Shown piece by piece: positions 33,723-45,730 of a stretch of 64,000 nt of DNA. Within the stretch, counting starts at the first letter, position 1, and every line of letters starts with the position of its first letter. The notes under the pieces are model-generated. The model had not been told where the DNA came from and did no database searches. It saw only the letters and a list, made by a program, of their open reading frames with translations. The stretch lies in the NCBI GenBank assembly GCA_013416795.1, contig RQSC01000602.1, forward strand, positions 1 through 64,000, written 5' to 3'. Made by a program: the position numbers and the translations under genes. This DNA is from Prasinococcaceae sp. CCMP 1430 (Eukaryota; Plantae; Prasinodermophyta).

Positions 33723-34740
33723 ATGGAGCCCCCCTCGGCGAGCCAGACGATGCACTCGGCGCCGGTGGCCGCCGCCGCCGCGCCGCGCGCACCGTGGGAG
33801 CTCATTTCGACGGGCGGGGGCGCCGGGGGTGGCACGGACGGGGAGGCCGAGCTGCGCGACCCGTCGGGGGTGTTCGTCGTGCGGCGCAATGGCCCTTTCG
33901 CGTCGGCGGAGCTCGCCATCCTGCCTGAGCACGGGCCGCTCAAGAGCGAGGGGAACGCTATGGTGAGCATGTCGCCCGCGGTGCTGCTCGAGACGCAGCT
34001 CGAAGGGGGTGCGCTGAACGCGTGCTGCCTGTGCTGCTGCGCCAGCGAGTGGCCCTTCTTCAACAAATACAGCCTCAAGGAGGGCGGCGGGCAGCGCGGT
34101 GACGTCCTCGTGGCACCCCCGGCGCCTGGGGACGTGGTGCTTCTAGCTATTGCGCCCGGGCATCCGGGCTGGCACGTCAAGCGCGGCGCCTACCTCGCGA
34201 GCGACGCGACGGTCGACGTGCGTTGGCAGCTCAACACGGCAGGCGGCTTCTGCGGCGCGCTCCTGTCGGGGCGGAACATCTTCATGCTGCGGGCGACGGG
34301 TACGGGCAGGCTGCTGATCAACTCGTACGGTGCACTCGTGCGGTATGACCTCGGCCCCGGCGAGCGCCGCGTCGTCGACTTTGGCGCAGTGGTGGCGTGG
34401 GAGTCCGGAATGCGCTGGCGCGTGGCGCTGGCCTCGACGCACGGCGGCCTCGCCCGCTCGGCGGTGAAGAGCTTCCTGACCGAAGGGCTCACGCAGTCCT
34501 TCACCGGGGTGCGTGCGCGTGCCTGCGTGTGCGCCCGCGACGGCGCTGGTGAGTGTGTGCTCGTCTCGCTGACGTCATCACACACGGACCCATTCACGCG
34601 TGCAGCCTGGCGTCGTGTACTGCCAGAGCCGCTCGTGGACCGGCCTCGCGCGCAACGTGTACCGCCATCTTCCGCAGGACACGCGCGAGGGCATCCGCGA
34701 CAGGTCGGGCGGCTTCGTGGGCGGCATGTGGCAGGCGTGA
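33723..34740 (+). CDS. AIM24: AIM24/DUF124 family protein, paralog 3 (intron 34509-34605)
   Basis: LKSEGNAMVSMSPAV; APPAPGDVVLL..VKRGAYLAS; IFMLRATGTGRLLINSYGALVRYDLGPGERRVVDFGAVVAWE; splicing restores FTG|PGVVYCQSRS. Confidence 0.85.
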
Positions 34741-36422
34741 TCGGCGAGTATGGAGTAAGGACTGGGCACGTGCTGAGGAGCGCACCACTCCATCGCGCGT
34801 GGCGCCGGTGCCGTCGGTGGATTGTCGCACGCAAGGGCCTATCTGGGCAGCTCGAAGGGAAGCGCTGCTCTGCCGACGCTGGACGCATGCATGTCCCGCC
34901 TGCACGCGCGCCACTTTACTACTACTGTAGTCTATAAGAATCGCGACCGCGCACCCTTAGTTACGTGCGTCATCTGCCGCCGCGCCTGCCTCGTCCCTCT
35001 CGACCGCGGCCTGCAGCAAGGCGTCGAGCCGGTCGGAGTGTGCGTTGTCCTTGCTGCCGCGGCAGCGACTCGAGGGAACGGCGGAGGTAACTGAGACTCG
35101 CTGAACAATGCACTAAGATCACACGGGCTGTTGCATGCCTCGATCGACACGTCTCAGGCTTGCTAGACCGGGGAACTCCTTCAACGGCCGCAAAGCGGCC
35201 TGGCCCTGCGGCACCGCGGGCGGCAGCATACGCAGACGCGTGCTCCGCCCCCGGCTATGACCACTGACCAACCCACAGCCAGACAGGCAGGGTAAGGCAG
35301 CGAGCGAAGCACATGCGGGGACCCCTGCCTGTCTGTCCACCCGTCGCAACCCCCGACCCCCCGCACGCCGCCCCGCGGGGGCAGCGCGTGCCCCCGAAGA
35401 GTCACCCCCCCAACGCAGGCCCCCCTCACCATCATATCATATGCAGGGGAAGAGCGCCGGACTGGGTGAGGCTTCCGTGGGGTGACTGCCAATGATTGGT
35501 CACTCGTCCGCGCGATGAGACCGGGGCTCATCCGTCCGAGCCTTCGCCTGCCCGGGTGTGTGGGGTCGGGCCGGGCTGGGGTCCGTCGTGCGGCCCTGCC
35601 GGCACGCTCTCCGGAATCCCTATCGTTCTCCCGCCGAAGTTCTCGCCAGCGCCGGTGGCGTCGGCCCGGTCCGGCCCCGCCGGCGATCCAGCCGGGGGGG
35701 AGGGGCGCGCATGTGGCCATCATCACCATTGCGAACGAGTCGAGTTGAGTTCAGTTTCATGTCGGTCTTTTGGGGCGCATTTGGGGTGAATTACCACAAA
35801 GAGGGTTCCCAAAAGTCTCGCAGGCCTCTTTCCTTTGGCTTTTTTTTGCGCTGGCTTTTTTCTTCGGTGTTTTTTTTTTTAAATACGTTTTCGGGGGTGG
35901 CTTTTTTGCTTTGGCGTTTCTCCTTTGTTTTTTTTGCGTTGTTTTTGTTTAAAAAACTTTTTTCTTTCGCGGGCTCTGGCTTTGGCTGTGGGCTCTCTGG
36001 TTTTCGCCGGCCCTTTGTTTCCCGCCCTTTCGCGCGGCGGCGTTTTCGTCCGCGCTTTCGTTCCCGCGCGCTCCGCCGCGCCCGCCGCGGCGCCCTGCGT
36101 TTCGACCTCGGCCGTCGCCGTCTTTCCCACCGAGGCGCCGCTTTCGTCGCGGGTCCCGTTCGCGCGTCTCCCGCCCGCGCGCCCCCTGAAAGCGTTTTTT
36201 TTTCGCGCGCGTTTTTTGCGGGCCGCCGACGGCCGCATGCGCGCGATCGTTTGGATCGGGCGGCCGCGCCCGCCGGCGGTTTCGCGGAGGGGCGCCGCGC
36301 GGGTTCGCGCGCGGGCTGCGGGCGGCCATCGGAAACCGCGGAAGGGGAGGATTTCGCGGGCGGGGGTTACGACGCGCGCGCGCGCGCGCGGTGAGGGTGC
36401 GTGGGAGTGAGCGAGTGGCCAG

Positions 36423-39400
36423 ATGACGGGGCCGCGCCGCGTCGCCGCCAAGGCGCTCACGCCCGAGCTCTTCGACCTCGCCGCGCGCGCGGGAGACTCT
36501 GGCGACGCCCTCGCCGCCCTCGTCGTCGGCGCTGGGGCCGGCTTCGTCGGCGTCAAGGCGCTCAGCGGCGATTCGGGCGAGAGCACGGTGCGTGCAGCAG
36601 GGAAGCGCGCGATGGCGCGGTCGCTCGCGGCGCCGCCCCCGCCGCGCGATGAGATACGCGCCATCGCGCGCTCGGGCGCCCGGCGAAACCCTTCGAGTCG
36701 CGTGGTGCCCTGCGCCGCGCGCGTCGAAGGGCGCGCGGGCCACGCGGTGGGACATGCGCGCGAGCACAACGGCGCGAAGCCGACGCGGACGCGGTCATTC
36801 CACACCTCGTGTGCGCCCTGGCGCCCGCGCTGACACGCACTCCCGACGCGCGGCGCGCCCGGCCTCGCGCGACCCAGACCAAGAGCGCGCCCAAGACCAA
36901 GACCGCGACCAAGGCCGGGGATGTGACCGAGAAGGAGGTCCTCGAGTGCCAGAAGAACTGGGCGAAGGCCATCACGACTATCAGCAAGACCTACCTCGAT
37001 GGGGGTGACTTCGTTGGTGCGGCCGGCAAGGCCGCCGGTGAGCTCTACGGCTACGGCAAGTGCGACGTGCTCTTCAAGCCCACCAAGGCGGCGGATGTGC
37101 CCTTCCGCCCCGAGGGCGCGGACGCCATGTCGTACTTCGTCGGCGCCAAGAACGTCGAGGAGGGCGCCATCGCCGAGGACGGCGGCTTCGCCATCAACGG
37201 CGGCAAGGGCTGGAGCAAGGTTGTCTTCACCAACCACCAGGTCGAGCTCAACGGCCCGACTGCCGTTGCCATGGGCTCGTACGTGTTCACCTGTGCCACG
37301 ACTGGCGCCGAGTCGAAGGTGGAGTACACCTTCGGCTACAAGCGCAACGACGACGGCAAGGTGCGCATCTTCCTGCACCACTCGTCCGTGCCCTACGTGG
37401 AGCCGGCGGTGCCTGTGACTGAGGAGGAGGTCCTCGAGTGCCAGAAGAACTGGGCCAACGCCATCAAGACCATCAGCAAGATCTACAAGGAGGAGGGCGA
37501 CTTCGTCGCCGCCGCTGGTGAGGCTGCCGGTGAGCTGTACGGCTACGGCAAGTGCGACGTGCTCTTCAAGCCCACCAAGGCTGCCGAGGTTGCGTTCCGC
37601 CCGACCGGCGCCGATGCCATGTCGTACTTCGTGGGCGCCAAGAACGTCGAGGAGGGAGCGATCGCCGAGGATGGCGGCTTCGCCATCAACGGCGGCAAGG
37701 GCTGGAGCGACGTGGTGTTCACCAACCACCAGATCAGCCTGAACGGCCCCTCGGCGCAGGCCATGGGCTCGTACGTGTTCACGTGCGCGACTACCGGCGC
37801 CGAGTCCAAGGTGGAGTACACCTTCGGCTACAAGCGCAACGACGACGGCAAGGTGCGCATCTACCTGCACCACTCGTCGGTGCCCTACGTCGAGGCACCG
37901 GCGCCCATCACCGAGGCTGAGGTGCTCGAGTGCCAGAAGAACTGGGCCGCCGCCATCAAGGGCTGCAGCCAGATTTACAAGGATGGCGGCGACTTCGTCG
38001 GCGCCGCCGCCGAGGCGGCTGGCCAGCTGTACGGCTACGGCAAGACCGACGTGCTCTTCAAGCCCACCAAGGCTGCTGAGGTGCCTTTCCGCCCCTCGGC
38101 TGAGGACGCGATGTCGTACTTTGTGGGCGCGAAGAACGTCGAGAGCGGCGCGATTGCCGAGGACGGCGGCTTCGCCATCAACGGCGGCAAGGGCTGGAGC
38201 GACGTGGTGTTCACCAACCACAAGATCGACCTCAACGGTCCCTCCGCGCAGGCGATGGGCTCGTACGTTTTCACGTGCGCGACCACCGGCGCCGAGTCGA
38301 AGGTTGAGTACACCTTCGGCTACAAGCGCAACGACGACGGCAAGGTGCGCATCTACCTCCACCACTCGTCGGTGCCGTATGCTGAGGTGCCGGCTCCCAT
38401 TACCAAGGAAGAGGTCTTCGAATGCCAGGCCAACTGGGCCGCGGCGATCCAGTCGATCAGCAAGACGTACCTCGACGGTGGCGACTTCGTTGCCCAGGCT
38501 GGCGAGGCCGCGGGCCTGCTGTACGGCTACGGCAAGTGCGACGTGCTCTTCAAGCCCACCAAGGCGGCGGATGTGCCCTTCCGCCCCGAGGGCGCGGACG
38601 CCATGTCGTACTTCGTCGGCGCCAAGAACGTCACTGAGGGCGCCATCGCCGAGGATGGCGGCTTCGCCATCAACGGCGGCAAGGGCTGGAGCAAGGTTGT
38701 GTTCAGCAACCACAAGGTTGACCTGAACGGCTCCACCGCGCAGGCGATGGGCTCGTACGTGTTCACGTGCGCGACTACCGGCGCCGAGTCCAAGGTGGAG
38801 TACACCTTCGGCTACAAGCGCAACGACGACGGCAAGGTGCGCATCTACCTCCACCACTCGTCCGTGCCCTACGTCGAGGCACCGGCGCCCATCACCGAGG
38901 CTGAGGTGCTCGAGTGCCAGGCCAACTGGGCCAACGCCATTGAGTCCATCAGCAAGACGTACCTCGACGGCGGTGACTTCGTCGGTGCTGCGGGCGAGGC
39001 CGCGGGCCTGCTGTACGGCTACGGCAAGACCGACGTGCTCTTCAAGCCCACCAAGGCGGCTGAGGTGGCCTTCCGCCCGACCGGTGCTGATGCCATGTCG
39101 TACTTCGTGGGCGCCAAGAACGTCAAGGAGGGCGCCATCGCCGAGGATGGCGGCTTCGCCATCAACGGCGGCAAGGGCTGGAGCAAGGTGGTCTTCGACA
39201 ACCACAACATCAGCCTGAACGGCCCCTCGGCGCAGGCCATGGGCTCGTACGTGTTCACCTGTGCCACGACCGGCGCCGAGTCGAAGGTGGAGTACACCTT
39301 CGGCTACAAGCGCAACGACGACGGCAAGGTGCGCATCTACCTCCACCACTCGTCGGTGCCCTACGTCGAGGCTACTGCGCCTATTACCGAGGCCGAGGTG

Positions 39401-40909
39401 CTCGAGTGCCAGGCCAACTGGGCGGCCGCCATCAAGTCCATCAGCAAGACGTACCTTGACGGCGGCGACTTCGTTGGCGCCGCGGGCGAGGCTGCTGGCA
39501 AGCTGTACGGCTACGGCAAGTCTGAGGTGCTCTTCAAGCCCACCAAGGCGGCGGAGGTCGCCTTCCGCCCCGAGGCCGCGGATGCCATGTCGTACTTTGT
39601 TGGTGCGAAGAACGTCACTGAGGGCGCGATCGCCGAGGACGGTGGCTTCGCCATCAACGGTGGCGCGGGCTGGAGCGACGTGGTGTTCACCAACCACCAG
39701 ATCAGCCTGAACGGCCCCTCGGCGCAGGCCATGGGCTCGTACGTGTTCACCAACGCCACCACCGGCGCCGAGTCGAAGGTGGAGTACACCTTCGGCTACA
39801 AGCGCAACGACGACGGCAAGGTGCGCATCTACCTGCACCACTCGTCGGTGCCTTACGTCGAGATGCCCGCGCCCATCACCGAGGCCGAGGTGCTCGAGTG
39901 CCAGGCCAACTGGGCCAACGCCATCAAGACCATTAGCAAGACGTACCTTGATGGTGGCGACTTCGTCGGTGCTGCGGGCGAGGCCGCCGGCCTGCTCTAC
40001 GGCTACGGCAAGTCCGAGGTGCTCTTCAAGCCCACCAAGGCCGCCGAGGTCCCCTTCCGCCCCACGGCGGAGGAGGCCATGTCGTACTTCGTCGGCGCGA
40101 AGAACGTCGGTGGCGAGCAGGGATTCCTGGCCAAGGCCTTCGGCAAGGACGGCGCGGGTGGCATCCCTGAGGACGGCGGCTTCGCCATCAACGGTGGCGC
40201 GGGCTGGAGCGACGTGGTGTTCACCAACCACCAGATCAGCCTGAACGGCCCCTCGGCGCAGGCCATGGGCTCGTACGTGTTCACCAACGCCACCACCGGC
40301 GCCGAGTCGAAGGTGGAGTACACCTTCGGCTACAAGCGCAACGACGACGGCAAGGTGCGCATCTACCTGCACCATTCGTCCGTGCCTTACGTCGAGATGC
40401 CCGCGCCGGTCACTGAGGAGGAGGTCCTCGAGTGCCAGAAGAACTGGGCCAACGCCATCAAGACCATCAGCAAGATCTACAAGGAGGAGGGCGACTTCGT
40501 CGCCGCCGCTGGTGAGGCTGCCGGTGAGCTGTACGGCTACGGCCACTGCGACGTGCTCTTCAAGCCCACCAAGGCGGCCGAGGTGGCCTTCCGCCCGACC
40601 GGCGCGGACGCCATGTCGTACTTCGTGGGCGCGAAGAACGTCAAGGAGGGCGCCATCGCCGAGGACGGCGGCTTCGCCATCAACGGCGGCGAGGGCTGGA
40701 GCAACGTGGTCTTCACCAACCACAAGATCGACTGCAACGCTGGCACTGCGATCGCCATGGGCTCGTATATCTTCACCAATGCCACGACCGGTGATGAGTC
40801 CAAGGTTGAGTACACCTTCGGCTACAAGCGCTGTGACGACGGCAAGGTGCGCATCTTCCTGCACCACTCGTCGGTGCCGTACTCGGTGCCGGCGCCGGTC
40901 GTCGCGTAG
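36423..40909 (+). CDS. Iota-class carbonic anhydrase (COG4337/COG4875-type), 8 tandem domains; intron 36588-36877
   Basis: Eight ~164-aa repeats (492-nt period), each with EVLECQxNW, LYGYG, VLFKPTKA, AMSYF, EDGGFAING, AMGSYVF, VEYTFGYKR, HHSSVPY. N-terminal RRVAAKA-LTPELFDLAA plus a hydrophobic helix. Confidence 0.88.
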
Positions 40910-41819
40910 ACCGCTGCTGCCGCTCTCACGCGCGCGTCTACATAAGTATGAAAAACCCGTGAGTACCAATGCGAACGTCGGACGCCGCCGCACGGCTGCG
41001 CGTGGCGCGTTGCCTCGAGAGCGACTACATGATTATTATCGTGCGATTTTTGTCGCGCGTGTGCGCGCGCGAGCGAGGCCTGGCGCGGGTGTGCGACGCC
41101 ATCGGCTTGTGCGCGCGAGAGCGCGCGGACGCGTCATCCGGCCGGTCCCGCGTGGCCCCCGCACACCCAGCGCACATCGGACGCGATGGTGACCTCCTCA
41201 GTCTCGCCCGCACGCAGCGTGCGCCACGAGCACTGGCAGCAGTACGCCGCTGCGCCGCGCGACACCACGGCGCCTGGAGCGAGGCGATGCTCGTCGGGCG
41301 CCGCGTTGCGGAAAAAGAGCTCGTCAACCACACCATCGCGCCACGCGCGGTCGTCGAGCGCGACCACCTGCGCACGTGCGCGTGCGCGTGCGTGCGTGCG
41401 GGCGGGCGGGCGTGTGCCCGCGGGTGTGGAGGTATCCGTGCGACGACAATGAGCATGGATCAGAAGGATTCTGCGTGCGCTCGCACAAGCGCACGCGCAC
41501 GCTCGAACCCGCGCTTGCAAGCACGCTTGGGCACACACACGGCTTGTGGCGTACAGCGAGCGAGCGCCCGCGCGGCGTGCGTGCGCATGCACGCGCGCGC
41601 ACGCGTTCCACCGCGCGCACGAGCAGCCCGCCTCTCCGAACGACGCCCGCGTGTGCGCGCGTGCGCCCCACGCACCTCGAAATCGCAGCGCGTGCATATT
41701 AGACGGTCGCACCGCCTCTGCCGGGTGGCCTCGCACAGCCCCGCGGGTGCCGTCGCACCGCCGAGCAGCACGCGCGCGCACCGGAGGCCGCCGCCGCCGC
41801 TGCGGGCGCGCTTGGCCGC

Positions 41820-44800
41820 GTGAATGCTGCCAATGCCGCCCGCGCGGACGCCGCCGACCCCGCCGCCGACGCCCGCGCCGGGCCCGGCGCCGAGACCAAC
41901 GCTGCCGCCGAATCCGCCACCAGGGAGGAGGCCACCGTCGAGTCCACTTCAACCGACGCCGCCGCTTGGGCGAAGTCAGTGTTCGGCGCTCGCGCGATGC
42001 GCATGCACGCGCACACCATGCGCACGCGCGCGCGCTCTATCCCTCGCTCTATCCCTCGCTCGCTCGCCCGCTCGCTCTCGCTCGCGCGCGTTGCCGCACG
42101 AACAGGCACGCGCGTGGACGCGCGCGCGTGGGCGCGCGCACGCGCACGTGCACGCGCGTGCTCTCTTGCACACGCGTTTTCCCTCGTGCGCGCACCTTGT
42201 GCTCTTGGTTCTGGTGGCGTCGGCGCCGCCCCCACCTTGGCCTCCGCCACCTCCTCTGCCACCGCCTCCGTTGACGCCGCTGCTGTCGAGCTCGGCGAGC
42301 AGCTCGTCGATGGAGCCCGGCGCGTGCGGCACGGGCGGCGCGCGCGCCGCCGCAGGTAGAGCGCCGGCGCTTTGCCACGCGCCGCCGGCCGCAGCCCGAG
42401 CTCTTCGACCTCGCCGCGAGCGCCGATGCCACGGACGCGCTCACCGCGTTCCTGGGCGGCGTCGTCCTCGGCGGCGGCGCCGCGCTCGCCGCCGGCGGCA
42501 AGAGCGAGTCGACGGAGGCCGCGCCCGCGACCAAGGAGGTCGCCGAGACGGCCACCGAGGAGGTCGTCGACCCGGTCACCGAGGCCGAGGTGCTCGAGTG
42601 CCAGAAGAACTGGGCCGAGGCCATCAAGTCCATCAGCAAGACGTACCTCGACGGCGGCGACTTCGTCGGCGCCGCGGGCGACGCCGCCGGCGTCCTGTAC
42701 GGCTACGGCAAGACCAACGTGCTCTTCAAGCCGACCAAGGCGGCGGAGGTCCCCTTCCGCCCCGAGGGCGCGGACGCGATGTCGTACTTCGTGGGCGCCA
42801 AGAACGTCACTGAGGGCGCGATCGCCGAGGATGGCGGCTTCGCCATCAACGGCGGCAAGGGCTGGAGCGACGTGGTCTTCACCAACCACAAGATCGACCT
42901 CAACGGCCCGACTGCCATTGCCATGGGCTCGTACGTGTTCACCTGCGCGACCACCGGCGCCGAGTCCAAGGTTGAGTACACCTTCGGCTACAAGCGCAAC
43001 GACGACGGCAAGGTGCGCATCTTCCTGCACCACTCGTCCGTGCCCTACGTGGACATGCCCGCGCCTGTGACTGAGGCCGAGGTGCTCGAGTGCCAGAAGA
43101 ACTGGGCCGAGGCCATTCAGTCGATCAGCAAGACGTACCTCGACGGCGGTGACTTCGTCGGCGCCGCGGGCGAGGCCGCCGGCGTCCTGTACGGCTACGG
43201 CAAGACCGACGTGCTCTTCAAGCCCACCAAGGCTGCCGAGGTTGCGTTCCGCCCGACTGGTGCCGATGCCATGTCGTACTTCGTGGGCGCCAAGAACGTC
43301 ACGGAGGGCGCCATCGCCGAGGACGGTGGCTTCGCCATCAACGGCGGCAAGGGCTGGAGCAAGGTCGTGTTCACCAACCACAACATCAGCCTGAACGGCC
43401 CCTCGGCGCAGGCCATGGGCTCGTACGTGTTCACCTGTGCCACGACCGGCGCTGAGTCCAAGGTGGAGTACACCTTCGGCTACAAGCGCAACGACGACGG
43501 CAAGGTGCGCATCTACCTGCACCACTCGTCGGTGCCCTACGTCGAGGCGCCCGTGCCCGTGACCGAGGAGGAGGTGCTCGAGTGCCAGGCCAACTGGGCG
43601 GCCGCCATCGAGTCCATCAGCAAGACGTACCTTGAGGGTGGCGACTTCGTGGGTGCCGCCGGCGAGGCTGCCGGCCAGCTCTACGGCTATGGCAAGTGCG
43701 ACGTCCTCTTCAAGCCCACCAAGGCGGCGGAGGTCCCCTTCCGCCCCGAGGGTGCGGACGCCATGTCGTACTTCGTGGGCGCCAAGAACGTCGAGGAGGG
43801 CGCCATCGCCGAGGACGGCGGCTTCGCCATCAACGGCGGCAAGGGCTGGAGCAAGGTTGTGTTCAGCAACCACAAGGTTGACCTGAACGGCTCCACCGCG
43901 CAGGCGATGGGCTCGTACGTGTTCACGTGCGCGACTACCGGCGCCGAGTCCAAGGTGGAGTACACCTTCGGCTACAAGCGCAACGACGACGGCAAGGTGC
44001 GCATCTACCTGCACCACTCGTCGGTGCCCTACGTCGACAACACTCCGGTCACCGAGGCTGAGGTGCTCGAGTGCCAGAAGAACTGGGCCAACGCCATCAA
44101 GACCATCAGCAAGATCTACAAGGAGGATGGTGACTTCGTTGGTGCCGCCGGCGAGGCCGCGGGCCAGCTCTACGGCTATGGCAAGTGCGACGTGCTCTTC
44201 AAGCCCACCAAGGCCGCCGAGGTCCCCTTCCGCCCCGAGGGCGCGGACGCCATGTCGTACTTCGTCGGCGCCAAGAACGTCGAGGAGGGCGCCATCGCCG
44301 AGGACGGCGGCTTCGCCATCAACGGCGGCAAGGGCTGGAGCGACGTGGTCTTCACCAACCACAAGATCGACTGCAACGGGTCCACCGCGCAGGCGATGGG
44401 CTCGTACGTTTTTACGTGCGCGACCACCGGCGCCGAGTCCAAGGTGGAGTACACCTTCGGCTACAAGCGCAACGACGACGGCAAGGTGCGCATCTACCTG
44501 CACCACTCGTCCGTGCCCTACGTCGACAACACTCCGGTCACCGAGGCCGAGGTGCTCGAGTGCCAGGCCAACTGGGCGGCTGCCATCAAGGAGATCAGCG
44601 CGAAGTACATCACCAAGGGTGACTTCGTCGCGACCGCCGCCGAGGCGGCTGGCAAGCTGTACGGCTACGGCAAGACCGACGTGCTCTTCAAGCCGACCAA
44701 GGCGGCGGACGTGCCCTTCCGCCCCACCCCGGAGGAGGCCATGTCGTACTTCGTTGGCGCCAAGAACGTCGAGAACGGCATCTCGGAGGATGGCGGCTTC

Positions 44801-45538
44801 GCCATCAACGGTGGCGATGGCTGGAGCGACGTGGTGTTCACCAACCACCAGATCAGCCTGAACGGCCCCTCGGCGCAGGCCATGGGCTCGTACGTGTTCA
44901 CCAACGCCACCACCGGCGCCGAGTCGAAGGTGGAGTACACCTTCGGCTACAAGCGCAACGACGACGGCAAGGTGCGCATCTACCTGCACCACTCGTCGGT
45001 GCCCTACGTCGACATGCCCGCGCCCATCACCGAGGCCGAGGTGCTCGAGGCTCAGGCCAACTGGGCCAGCGCCATCAAGACCATCAGCAAGACGTACGCC
45101 GACGGTGGTGACTTCGTTGCCGCCGCAGGCGAGGCCGCGGGCCTGCTGTACGGCTACGGCAAGACCGACGTGCTCTTCAAGCCCACCAAGGCGGCGGAAG
45201 TGGCCTTCCGCCCGACCGGCGCGGACGCCATGTCGTACTTCGTGGGTGCGAAGAATGTCAAGGAGGGCGCCATCGCTGAGGATGGCGGCTTCGCCATCAA
45301 CGGCGGCAAGGGCTGGAGCGACGTTGTCTTCACGAACCACAACATTGCGCTCAACCCCGACAACGCCATCGCCATGGGCTCGTACGTGTTCACGTGCGCG
45401 ACTACCGGCGAGGAGTCGAAGGTGGAGTACACCTTCGGCTACAAGCGCAACGACGACGGCAAGGTGCGCATCTTCCTGCACCACTCGTCCGTGCCCTACT
45501 CGGTGCCCGTGCCCGCCGTGGAGAACGTGGCCGCCTAA
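41820..45538 (+). CDS. Iota-class carbonic anhydrase, 6 tandem domains; 5' exons uncertain
   Basis: Six repeats with the same FKPTKA/YTFGYKR/HHSS motifs. The exon starting at 42395 encodes PELFDLAASADATDALTAFLGGVVLGGGAALAAGG before domain 1. Confidence 0.88.
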
Positions 45539-45730
45539 TTGGCTCGCCGTCCGATGCGCGCGTTCTAATGTAAGCGACCTACAGAATGCGCACACTCGGC
45601 AGCGACAGTCCCTCACTCAGGCCCTGCGCGCTTGCGGGCTCTTGCTGCGCTTGCATGCATGCGCAAAGAGAGGCGTTACAGACCCACGCTGCGCACACTC
45701 CAGCGCGCGCCCGGTCGCGCGCGTCCCCCT

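Noticed and set aside
35879-45616. Very long minus-strand ORFs (1704 aa and 1305 aa) and the repeated 92-aa MYST... ORFs
   Set aside because: They are antisense shadows of the highly codon-biased iota-CA repeats; GC-rich coding DNA lacks reverse-strand stops.
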